Source: Eledone cirrhosa
Taxonomy: Eukaryota
Assembly (NCBI GenBank): GCA_964016885.1
Contig: OZ024742.1
Span: forward strand, 218,116,001 to 218,180,000
DNA: 64,000 nucleotides
Direction of reading: 5' to 3'
The notes beneath the pieces were generated by a model. That model was not told the DNA's origin, did no database searches, and was given only the letters and a program-made list of their open reading frames with translations. A program made the translations under genes and the position numbers. Below, in pieces: positions 1-10,019 of this stretch (position 1 is the stretch's first letter; each line of letters opens with the position of its first letter).

Positions 1-543
1 CAAAAAGAGAAAATAAATTAAAATACACAAATAAATAAATAGCCGAAAGTGGAGTACTGATAGGAATGTGAGACACAAACACGCTATTGTTAGAGACGGC
101 AATAGGGCAGCGACTAAATTTCTGACATTCTCCCCGCCCACCCAGTTCACTGTGTTACCACTCCCATCACAACATATCTCATTTGTCACATGGGGTGAAC
201 CTACCTAGACAACAGTGAAACAACTTCACTCAACAGAGACAATTGCTGGTGGAGAAGATATTTCACTCGCCTTTTGAAGCTCCAGTGAGGCGTTTAGCTA
301 TAAGATCGACAGCAACGCAGCAATGGCAATAACAAAACAGCTACTCATACCTCTAGTAAATAACTTTTAATAGTAATCTTCCGTCTTTCTTTTCTATAAT
401 TAAGAAATCAATTAGAACTCTAATTGAGGGTATCTAATTTGGTAAGGCTTTCATGGTCAAATCAGATTATTTTTGCCTGATTGTATACAATTGTATCAGT
501 GTGCGCTAGTGTATGTATGTGTGTGTTATCACAAAGTTATGAG

Positions 544-612
<69 letters not shown>

Positions 613-879
613 GGCGTTCATATAAGACGTTTAGGGGTCCACACACTAAATAGTAAATTGGGGATCAATGAAATCATTTTGGTGTCAATATATTTTAAGC
701 CTGAGAGAAAGAAAACAAAAAAAAAAATATACCAGTTATCTTTCTCTACCCACAGCAGCGGAAGTGCTAACGATCTTCGATCCGGCCACCTCAGAGTGAG
801 AATGGTAGAGCAACAAGCAGTGAAAGTGTGTAGGACAACATGTCATCCACGGCAACAGGTTCATTCATGGCGCCTTGGA

Positions 880-1340
880 CTCTCATTCCTGAGGCATCTT
901 CTTTTCAGCCCACCTAATCGTTCTCAGGAAGAAAGATGGTGGAATACGCCCCATCGCAATATGCAAGTTTTCCGTAGGCTTGTAGCCAAAGTCATCTGCA
1001 TGTCTGTCGCATTTGAACTAGGCAAGGAACTCAGCCGTACCCCGTCCGCCTATCTATTGGCCTATATGGTGTGCGGGTCTCTGAGGATGCTCCTCATTGC
1101 GGATAAAGTCATATCATCTTCAACCGGCGTTCAACAGGGCAATCCAGTGGGCCCCCTCCTTTTTGCGCTCGGGGCAGACAACGTTGCCCAGAGCATCACG
1201 GCTCCTCATAACGTCAGGTACACGGACGATGCGATGATAGGAGGCCCCGCAGAGAGTGTCTGCCACGATCTCCGTGGTTCCCGCTCAGGCCAAATGATCA
1301 TCTCGTCCAAATCGGAGGTTGTAAACATTAATTGTTATGC
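880..1340 (+). pseudogene. CRE-clade non-LTR retrotransposon reverse transcriptase fragment (decayed)
   Basis: Frameshifted motifs KKDGGIRPIAI / VFRRLVAKV, GVQQGNPVGPLLFAL and YTDDAMIGG match CRE/SLACS-type RT (GGxRPIAxGxxxRRL, GVQQGDPLGP, YLDD). Confidence 0.75.
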
Positions 1341-1546
1341 AGACAGAGGGCTTCACATCCTCCGTCTTGGATGTGTGAATCATTATTCTATCGGATGCAA
1401 GTGAACGCTAAAGAAGTTGGAGGTAAACATTTCCTAATTACCTAATCTATCTATCTATCTGTGTTTATCCGTTTACTATTCACACACATGCCCACAATAC
1501 ACCCACGCATACACATACATTCATATATATATATATATATATATAT

Positions 1547-2440
1547 ATACAAGTGGAAGGTTAGTAAAATCGAAACTTTGGCTGTGGCCAAGCAAAACGA
1601 CCTACAATTAGCAATGAGCAACAAAGCACTCAATAAGGTAGGCCCTCAGAGCAATAAATATACGTTTAGATAGCTTGACAAATTGAAAATTGCGGCAGGC
1701 AGGCCTAGTCACACAATACCAAAAACAACGAAGAAACTAATCAGGTTAGACAACTGACCTGAACATATCGAACTATATTTTGCAATACGTCCGATAGGTT
1801 TCTATAAATCCGAAAGCATCCATCCAGCTTACGTAATATGCAAGCTTGTGGTATTCCATGATCGAGCAGAGGATTCACGTTACCAACAGGAAATTTAGCT
1901 CTATGCCTCAAGCCGGTGTGGACTGAAACACTGAACTGCTATCGTTTGTAGCCCCCAGTGTTTCACTGTCACGTATATTTCCAACAAGGGAAGTAACTCC
2001 CGGTTTTTGGCGGGTAAATTCAAAGTGTAAACAAAGGAATTCAATTTCGTTCCATATTCCGAATGAAAAGCTTTCGACTAGACGTTATTAAACAAACATT
2101 ATTAAACGTCCTTAAACGTTATTAAACGTCCCTTTACGATCTGAGTTCAAATCCCGCCGAGGTTGACTTTGCCTTTCATCCTTACGGGGTCGATAAAATA
2201 AAGTACCAGTAATGCACTGGGTAATTGCTGGCCTTGTGCCTAAAGTAGAAACAGTTATTAAACAAACAGAAATAATTTACCAATCAATGGAATTGTTTAA
2301 TTAAATTAGTTAATCATTAAGTCTAGGAGATAATAATACAAGTGGAAGCTTAGTAAAATCGAAGCTTTGGCTGTGGCTAAGCAAAACGACCTACAGTTAG
2401 GAATGAGCAGCAAAGCACTCAATAAGGTTGGGCCTTAGAT
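1547..2440 (-). mobile_element. (TA)n-anchored element with ~100 bp direct repeats (pLTR-like); homologous fragment at 52335-52468
   Basis: atacaagtggaag.ttagtaaaatcgaa...aataaggt occurs at ~1547-1650 and ~2336-2440; the left copy abuts (TA)n. A diverged opposite-orientation copy lies between (TA)n tracts at 52335-52468. Confidence 0.55.
2133..2253 (+). mobile_element. tRNA-derived SINE family A, 5'-truncated
   Basis: ctgagttcaaatcccgccgagg (B-box like) followed by the conserved body ...gataaaataaagtaccagt...agtagaaac. Confidence 0.85.
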
Positions 2441-2717
2441 ATACATATATATATATTTTTTCTTATAACTTCAATTTTGTACCTAATTCCGTGTAGTTAA
2501 CTATTTGTCTAGTCAATTTCTACAGGCTAGGAGAAATACTAGGTAAATGTCATATGGTTGTACATCGCAGTAAAGAATCTATATCATTTGTCTATTATTT
2601 CTTCGTAAGTACATTTTAAACTTATAGCCTCGTTTAAATGATATTTGAGTGGTTAATTTATACTGATTGGGAGAGGAAATACTGTATATATTTTATCTAA
2701 TGATTCTTTGGACTTAC

Positions 2718-2754
<37 letters not shown>

Positions 2755-2896
2755 GGGAGTGTAACGTCCAGTTACTGTAGGTTCACACGAGTGAGCAATC
2801 GATGCGTAGTTTCCAGTCGGTAAAGAGGTGTAGAACTAAGCAGAGTGTAATTATAGTAATAAAAGGACGATTTGTTATGCCATCATTACGTTTATT

Positions 2897-2988
2897 GAGT
2901 AGTGACGCGCGTTTCGCTATTGATCAGCCTAAGGTTCGATCTGTATCGATTTAGCCCGACTCTGGAATCAAAAGCTCGTCGGACCTCT
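2897..2988 (-). ncRNA. Type I hammerhead ribozyme motif (U4 mutated) with long stem II insertion
   Basis: Minus strand: CCGACGA GCT t TTGAT [~40 nt] ATCAA t AGC GAAA CGCGCG TC. Palindromic stem III ACGCGCGT and a GUC site; element runs into (TA)n at 2721-2752. Confidence 0.7.
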
Positions 2989-3002
2989 GCAGACCATCTT
3001 CT

Positions 3003-3150
3003 TTAGGACATAACAAAGGAGAGACACAATAAAAACCCAGTCACTGAGGACGTCAGAGAATGTGTGATGGAAGAGCTTTGACAATATATAAACAACCATC
3101 CGGTTATCGAACCAGCCAGCCAGCCAACCAACCAACCAACCAACCTCCAG
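3003..3150 (+). mobile_element. Degenerate copy of the HHR-bearing family seen at 53062-53481 (HHR relic 3040-3082)
   Basis: gtca CTGAGGA c gtca..tgat GGAA gagctt tgac aatatataaacaa is homologous to the reverse complement of ~53165-53300. Confidence 0.7.
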
Positions 3151-3349
3151 GACAATGTCTTCTCCATCCAGTCCGCTAGAACCTCGAAGCGGACTGACCC
3201 TTAACTTTCAATTATGGTTACTATACATAGTTGTGTATTTGTTATTAAGCTGGTGTTTGGAACATAACTTGACAAAAATAATAATTAAAAAACTCCACAA
3301 AGATTCCTACATAAAATTATGGATCTTCTTGCACTTTTATTGTCAGCTT

Positions 3350-3490
3350 TGCAGCATAGAGTTATGACCCTTTACGTTTCGAGTTCAAATCCCGTCGATG
3401 TTAGCTTTTCCTTTCATCCTTGCGGGGTCAATAAAATAAAGCACCAGTAATGCACTGGGGTAATTGCTGGCCTTGTGCCAAAAGTAGAAA
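3350..3490 (+). mobile_element. SINE family A
   Basis: Same body as the other copies. Confidence 0.8.
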
Positions 3491-4763
3491 AAATTATCTA
3501 TCTCACTGCAATCCCAAATATTACGATAAAGTTAAAAGAGACTAAAGAGCATCACGTCGTCCTCAGATGGAACATTTTATCTCGTTCAAATATTCTAAGG
3601 TCACAAATTACAACTCATGGCTTAAATAAACAACAATTGTATATATATCAATTTAACTGGCGTACTGAGGGGGAGGGTTGGTGCAGAAGGTAGTTGACAG
3701 CTAGTTGGAAGAGATAAACTGCCAGTTAAATGGTTGTTGTTTCGAATCCGGAGGTGAAATTAATATTTGTTTGTTGTCTTTTCTTTCTTTTTTTATTTTA
3801 GCTTAGTTGGAGGAGAAAGACAACACCCATGACCCATTTAAAATGTATCCCAAATTTACTGGAGGAGAGGAAGCAACGAGAACGGAGATTTGGCTCAAAT
3901 ACTTGTAACAGGGTGGACTCTGTTAAATGTACCTATTAGGACACCTAACAGTATTTGCCCAGTGTAATCCGCTACTTATAGTCCAATCCGGCATTCCTGT
4001 ATTAGTGTTATCTGCATCTAACCTGAACATTATAGAGGGTCAATAACTAGACAGAGCTATAATATTTTCTGCATCCGACGGGGTAGCTTAGTCATTAAGA
4101 CGCAGCTTCTGGCAATGTTATGCTTATATGAGATCATGTTATAATTTTAAAATCTAGAATAGTTATATTTGACCTCCTTGGAATTTTGGTTTTCAAACAA
4201 TATACAGAAATTATTATTATCTCACAAAAGAAGAAGCATTGGGTGACGAAGTTATTAGTGTGTCGGATGAAATGCATTGCAGTATTTTGTTTCGGTTCTC
4301 TACGTTCTGATCTCAAGTCCCGCCAAAGTAAAATTTGCCTTTCAGTTTTCCGTGTCGAAAAAATAAAGTACCTGTAAAGTACTGGGATCGAGATAATCGA
4401 CTTTCTCCTTCTGCCAATGTTAGAAAGACATATTGCCCCACAAAAGGACCAGGGAAATGAAACCTCTTACTACTTTTTGGTTACGTTTGTTCAACTCCCT
4501 CCGAAGTCAACATTGTTTTCATGATTTCCTGAGAGAGTGAGAGTAATAAAATACTGGGGGCGGTTAAGTTGATTTAATCCATTCGGTCATGTACTATTTT
4601 TCCCTCTACTAGCTTTAGAATGAATATTTAAAAACTGATGATTTCCTTCGAATGAAACAGGTCTAGTCATGTAGAAGCCATTTCTATATTAAATTTTGTT
4701 ATATATATATTTGAGTGTTTTACTTTACAACAAAAATGTGGCTATTATTTTGCTAGTTATATA

Positions 4764-4951
4764 AGGGCGGTGGATTGGCAGTATCGGTAGAGGGTCGGAC
4801 GCCATGCTTTGACGCATAGAGTTACAGCCCTTGTCATTCTGAGTTCAAATCCCGCCGAGGTTAACTTTGCCTTTCATCCTTACGAGGTCGATAAAATAAA
4901 GAACCAGTAATGCACTGGGTAATTGCTGGCTTTGTGCCAAAAGTAAAAACA
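4764..4951 (+). mobile_element. SINE family A, full length, with 17-bp TSD
   Basis: ggcggtggattggcagtatcgg (A-box like) ... gagttcaaatccc (B-box like). TSD attattttgctagttat at 4744-4760 and 4952-4968. Confidence 0.9.
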
Positions 4952-5879
4952 ATTATTTTGCTAGTTATTGTTTTAATATAAGTACCCTGACTTATTTTAA
5001 TTACTTAGTCAGAAGAGGTAGAGTAACACCCTTTCCACTGCCTCCAAAACTGCTGTGGGAAATGGAGGAAATTTCTTTAGATCAAAGACCTGGCAAGAGA
5101 GTGTAAAGGCACCCTAGTGCCAGTGTTAAACCTGGCGATATATTAAGACTACCACACAAGGACCGGAAGGCTTTCTCCGACATGCTTTCATACACAGATT
5201 CCATAAAACAAATTCCACTCATAAAGCTTTACACGACTTCAAACAAAGTTTGAAAACTCTCTCAAGATGCTGTTCTGTGGACTCACGTGGTAGTAGGGCG
5301 GATTTCTTAACCATACAGCCATATCTATTTCGCATAAACATTAAGTGTTGTAACAGTTTCCTTATTTATATATCGACTAGTGTTTTTTTAAGAGGCTCAA
5401 TCTACAATGGCGAGATAATGTTAATCCTACTATGTCAATTATCAGACAAAGTCACAATTCAGAGGAGTTTCCTCAAGGTTCGAGCCAGGAATTCTTTGAC
5501 AATCGTACACTATTTTTCTTTTAGTCTTTCAAATATTATTTTTTGTATCACAAACAACAAATACGGAAAACGCCTTATTTTGATGATTTGAGAAATATTG
5601 AAAGGTTTTGATATAGACGCAAAATAATTCTCTCTTTATTGGCCACAAGGGTCGAAACATGAAGGATAATACAAAAACAGAGACAGTGAGGATTTACAAA
5701 AACCGTATAAAAACAATAAATTAGTAACAATGGAGTACCATCCAGGTGTAACTTCATTTTTCAGTACCGTTGAATAAAACATACGAATAACTTTGGTGAT
5801 GTCATATGTTGCGAAACAAACAATTGCTTATTGTTTCATTTCACCAATAGATAATATGATTTATTATTTAGTCTTGTTG

Positions 5880-6097
5880 AGGGCGGTGGATTGGCAGTAT
5901 CGGCAGAGGGTCGGGAGCCAAGCTTTGCAGCATAGAGGTACGGCCCTTTATGATCTGAGTTCAAATCCCGCCAAGGTTAACTTTACCTTTCATCCTTATG
6001 GGGTCGATAAAATAAAGTACCAGTCACGCACTGGGGTCGATTTAATCGACTTTCCCTTCCCCCAAAATTGCTGGCCTTGTGCATATATAAGAAATCA
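5880..6097 (+). mobile_element. SINE family A, long variant
   Basis: Contains the extra ggggtcgatttaatcgactttcccttccccc segment that is absent from the short variant. Confidence 0.85.
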
Positions 6098-6259
6098 TTA
6101 TTTAGTTTTGTTTTGAAGCAAATACGTATATCTGTGCAAATAACTGAATACAATGAGATGTTGATGATTTGCCAATTCAGCGCCTGGTATTTAATTCATG
6201 GAACCTGAAAGAATAAAATGCAAGGTCGACCCTAGTAGAATGGAAAGTTAGAATGGAAA

Positions 6260-6470
6260 CAACCGATTTTACGGGCAAAGCCAATCGGCAAGGAGACCCA
6301 GACGTAAATCATGAGAAAGATGGTTAGATAAAATCCAAAAGCTAGGTTATTCTCACTTGGGATTCCAGCCGGATCAAGTGGAGTCTGTTGCCTCAGATAG
6401 TACCTTCCGGAAGGCGTGTCTGAGAACTCAGCTCCCGCAGCCACTCCAAGAAACAGGGGAAGAAGAAGGT
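6260..6470 (+). pseudogene. RTE-clade LINE C-terminal fragment
   Basis: Conceptual translation RPRRK..RWLDKIQKLGYSHLGFQPDQVESVASD...CLRTQLPQP resembles the RTE C-terminus (GRPRxRWxDxI..L.WSxLG..). Confidence 0.55.
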
Positions 6471-6559
6471 GCATGTGTAGCTGTGTAGTTAAGGGCACCC
6501 AGCTTCAGGATTTATTTAACTGCTTGGCATATTGAACAAGTGCCTGGGGTTGATCAAAA

Positions 6560-6835
6560 CCTTGTGAATCATCGGCAAAGAAGTGAGACTTGCTAAAGGT
6601 GACAGCGAACAGATGACAAATATATAGAGAAAAGAAAGAGTCCATTGACTACATGGAAGGTGATAGATTGAGCCATGTCAGCAATCGCTTGAATGATGTG
6701 ATCAAGCATGAAATTCCATATCCAAGAGATATGAGACGGATCAATGACATACAAAATAATGATGGAAACGGTTTTAGGAACCAGGGGTATTGTAACCCTG
6801 CCCCATGAGAACCTACGTACTTTTTCAAGTATCAT
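6560..6835 (-). pseudogene. CR1/L2-type LINE RT fragment
   Basis: ISWIWNFMLDHIIQAIADMAQS..HVVNG..LFSIYL, then after a frameshift SHFFADDS. Confidence 0.55.
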
Positions 6836-7012
6836 TGCTTAAGGACAGCGTGATTTTACTAGATGTTACTCATATTTTGTTATGAGTCATTTGCAGGTCG
6901 TTTAGAACAGCAAATTTCCTAAATCTATAAACTAATCAACGTTTCTAGATTTTCAGAATCATGTCACAGGGATGTGGAGTGTTGTTAGCATATTTTTACT
7001 GTATGTATATAT

Positions 7013-7245
<233 letters not shown>

Positions 7246-7308
7246 TAAATCTACCAAAATATACGGTAGTGTCCAATCCGTATGAAGAACTCAATGTAAT
7301 CCAAATAT
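7246..7308. repeat. Dispersed short element, reverse complement of 34565-34628
   Basis: ataaatctaccaaaat..acggtagtgtccaatccgtatgaagaactcaatgtaatcc is found inverted at 34.57-34.63 kb next to (TA)n. Confidence 0.8.
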
Positions 7309-7371
7309 CATGAAAAGAGAAGATGTATTCAAAATTTTTTTCGATGAAAATCACAGGAAAACAGAGTCAAG

Positions 7372-7514
7372 ATAAATTAATAAAAACAATGAATAAAAAC
7401 AAAGAAACAGTTCCTTATATTAAAAAATTCAGTTCCTTATATTAAAAAATTAAAATTTTTTTTTAATATAAGGAACTGTTTCTTTGTTTTTATTCATTAT
7501 TTTTATTAATTTAT
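7372..7514. mobile_element. Fold-back element ending in (TA)n; family relative at 8800-8896
   Basis: ~55-bp inverted arms (ataaattaataaaaa..gaaacagttccttatattaaaaaa and its reverse complement). Confidence 0.75.
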
Positions 7515-7620
7515 ATATATATATATATATATATACAAATGCACACACACTTATATACATCTCTCCGTATGTAATTGACAGACGAGAGAAAAGAGTACTC
7601 AGTACCGAAGTAGAGTTTAA

Positions 7621-7767
7621 ATATTCATTTATTATGGCTAAGTAGTGAGTTTTGTTACTTTAGAGTTTCACCTGTGAACTCACAAGATCATCAGACAAGA
7701 TCCTGTGGGTGTGCAGGTGAAACTCCAGAGTAACAAAATTCACTACTTAGTCATAATAAATGAATAT
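7621..7767. mobile_element. Fold-back PLE-like element containing an HHR
   Basis: ~70-bp inverted arms, right end abutting an AT repeat; both arms contain HHR stem II/GAAA/stem III. Confidence 0.8.
7652..7698 (-). ncRNA. Type I hammerhead ribozyme motif
   Basis: ttgt CTGATGA t cttgtg agtt cacagg t GAAA ctctaaag TA acaa. Stem I ttgt/acaa; the two arms imply a palindromic stem III consensus ACTCTAGAGT. Confidence 0.75.
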
Positions 7768-7813
7768 GTATATATATGATAATAATGGAGCTGCGGCGTT
7801 GCAAATGGGATAC

Positions 7814-8318
7814 ATATGAAAAAGTGAGTCCTTCTCTCTCTTTCGTCTGCGACTTCACAAAACTTACGTTTACTGAATTCGTAGAACAGACCCCTTTATC
7901 TTCTTCTTCTTCTTCTTCTTCTTCTTCTTCTTCTTCTTCTTCTTCTTCTTCTTCTTCTTCTTCTTCTTCTTCTTCTTCTTCTTCTTCTTCTTCTTCTCTC
8001 TCCTTTTTCTCTCTCTCTTTTTTCCCCCCCGTCAAACATGGGCGAAATTCTTTCCTTGCTCACATTTCAACCAGGTTTGATGGTCTTTTGTCTCTTCTTC
8101 ACGATTTCACAGAGTTTATATTCATAGAGATCTGGGACTTGTCTATTTCTACTCACTTTCCGTTGCTAAAACTTTTTTGTTGTTACTCTGGCGTCCCCCT
8201 TTATTTACGTGTCCCAACGACTTTTTTTAGCCGTTGTTCGCACCAACCCGAGGCATATGGCCCTTAAAGCGATGAAATGCCCAGGACGGTTGGAGGGTCA
8301 CTGATGAAGGACTCACTT

Positions 8319-8326
<8 letters not shown>
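7814..8326 (+). mobile_element. Element with 21-bp terminal inverted repeat ending in (TA)n, with internal (TTC)n
   Basis: atatgaaaaagtgagtccttc (7814-7834) is the exact reverse complement of 8306-8326. Confidence 0.7.
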
Positions 8327-8380
<54 letters not shown>

Positions 8381-8387
<7 letters not shown>

Positions 8388-8622
8388 ATCAAAAGATGGT
8401 TAAAAGAGTTCCAAGTATTTTATTATGCGCATTTCAAAAACAAATATCATCATGGGATGATATCTGCGTTCTCATCAGATAAAATAGGGAGACATGATAT
8501 GAAGCTTAAAAAACAATTGTGAATAGTGAAGTTTTAAATCAACATAAATCAACATAAATCAACATTTGAAATGCGCATAATAAAATACTTGGAACTCTTT
8601 TAACCATCTTTTGATCTTATAT
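8381..8622 (-). mobile_element. Fold-back PLE-like element containing an HHR
   Basis: ~57-bp inverted arms (8381-8438 and 8565-8622); left end abuts (TA)n. Confidence 0.85.
8416..8486 (-). ncRNA. Type I hammerhead ribozyme motif
   Basis: tattttat CTGATGA gaac gcagatatcatc ccat gatgatatttgt tttt GAAA tgcgca TA ataaaata. 8-bp stem I, long stem II, palindromic stem III ATGCGCAT. Confidence 0.85.
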
Positions 8623-8709
8623 TATTTATACTCCAGTCCTACAAACTGTAGAGTGCTACTTATCCCATATTTGCATTGCTTTATTGTGCTACAATAAAAT
8701 TCACCTCCT

Positions 8710-8805
<96 letters not shown>

Positions 8806-9098
8806 TAATAAAAATAATGAATAAACAAAGAAACAGTTCCTAAATAAAAAAAAAGATGAAATCGAAAATGTTGCATTTTCGATTTCACCTTTTTTCCTTA
8901 TACTTTCACTCGTGTAGGACATCTCGTTTTTTTTTCATTTTGTAAAAACCCTCATTTTCTATTATATATATATATGAATATGAGTTTTTCGAATATTAAT
9001 AATAACATTCGATTCGATTCGTGCAAACAAGTCTCATTTTTAAAGCCATGTCAGTAGAATGAACCCTTCATTCTTGCTCTTGTGTTGGCATGTAAACA

Positions 9099-9148
9099 GA
9101 ACTGCAGACACTAATGTTTCTGGGTATCACCCTTCATCAGTACAGCTC
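9099..9148 (-). ncRNA. Type I hammerhead ribozyme motif (GUC site)
   Basis: gagctgta CTGATGA agggt gat accca GAAA cattagtg TC tgcagttc. 8-bp stem I including G.U pairs; stem III aca/tgt. Confidence 0.85.
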
Positions 9149-9243
9149 ACTGTTTACCTGTCAACTGCCAGAGCTAGTAATAATTAATATTTTAAAATGA
9201 GGCTTGTTTGCATAATTGCAAACGAATCGAATGTTATTATTAT

Positions 9244-9420
9244 TGGCAGTATTGGTAGAGTGTCGGATGCCATGCTTTGACGCATAGAGTTACGGCCCTT
9301 GCCATTCTGAGTTCAAATCCCGCCGAGGTTAACTTTGCCTTTCATCCTTACGGGGTCGATAAAATAAAGTACCAGTAATACACTGGGTTATTGCTGGCCT
9401 TGTGCCTAACGTAGAAACAA
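9244..9420 (+). mobile_element. SINE family A inserted into the pLTR copy
   Basis: Nearly full body, flanked by attatt on both sides, splitting the pLTR terminus. Confidence 0.9.
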
Positions 9421-9707
9421 TTATTAATATTCGAAAAACTGAGATTACATTTATTGTATTCAGCCATGTAGAGCGTAATTTTTTTTTATTATTTGAATGT
9501 GGCAAAGTCGGCCATTTATCGCTCGTATACAGGAAACTGACTGGCCAGTCTGCTGATATGCAAATCTGGCTGATCAGTGGATCTGCTAATATGCAGATCT
9601 GACTGATCAGCCAGTCTGCTAATATGCAAATCAGACCGATCAGTCACTGTATATTTTAGAAAGTAGCATATATTTTCACTAGCTCTGACAGTTGGCAGGT
9701 GAACAGT

Positions 9708-9757
9708 GAAGAGTACTGATGATGGGTAATACTCAGAAACATTAGTATCTGCAGTTC
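9708..9757 (+). ncRNA. Type I hammerhead ribozyme motif (sister of 9099-9148)
   Basis: gta CTGATGA tgggt aat actca GAAA cattagta TC tgcagttc. Confidence 0.75.
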
Positions 9758-9889
9758 TGTTTACATGCCACGACAAGAGCAAGAATGAAGGGTTCATTCT
9801 ACTGACATGGCTTTAAAAATGAGGCTTGTTTGCATAATTGCAAACGAATCGAATGTTATTATTAATAATCGAAAAACTCAGATGACATT

Positions 9890-9932
<43 letters not shown>

Positions 9933-9935
<3 letters not shown>

Positions 9936-9980
9936 CGAAGGAAGTGTGGTAAGGAACCGGGGTCCCGACTCTTTTCCTAT
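9933..9980. mobile_element. Minimal inverted remnant of fold-back family G
   Basis: taacgaaggaagtgtggtaaggaacc joined to ggggtccc..ttttcc; both parts are homologous to 35198-35388; flanked by (TA)n. Confidence 0.75.
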
Positions 9981-10019
9981 ATATATATATATTTATTAAA
10001 ATAACAGATTAAAGTTTCT

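Larger units (their letters stand above)
8980..9895 (+). mobile_element. Non-autonomous PLE-like composite: inverted pLTR + partial tandem pLTR (SINE-interrupted) + pLTR, between (TA)n
   Basis: 8980-9178 is the reverse complement of ~9678-9880; 9190-9243 and 9421-9455 repeat the pLTR 3' end; ~30-bp tandem repeats at 9535-9645. Confidence 0.85.

Noticed and set aside
481-1404. 307-aa ORF as a real gene
   Set aside because: Chimera of microsatellite and a frameshifted CRE RT remnant.
2658-2692. tata-CTGATTG..GAAA-tactgta-ta hammerhead-like string
   Set aside because: Core mismatched and no stem II; may be a relic but is not supportable.
4764-4860. tRNA gene
   Set aside because: A/B-box-like head belongs to a multi-copy SINE; no cloverleaf.
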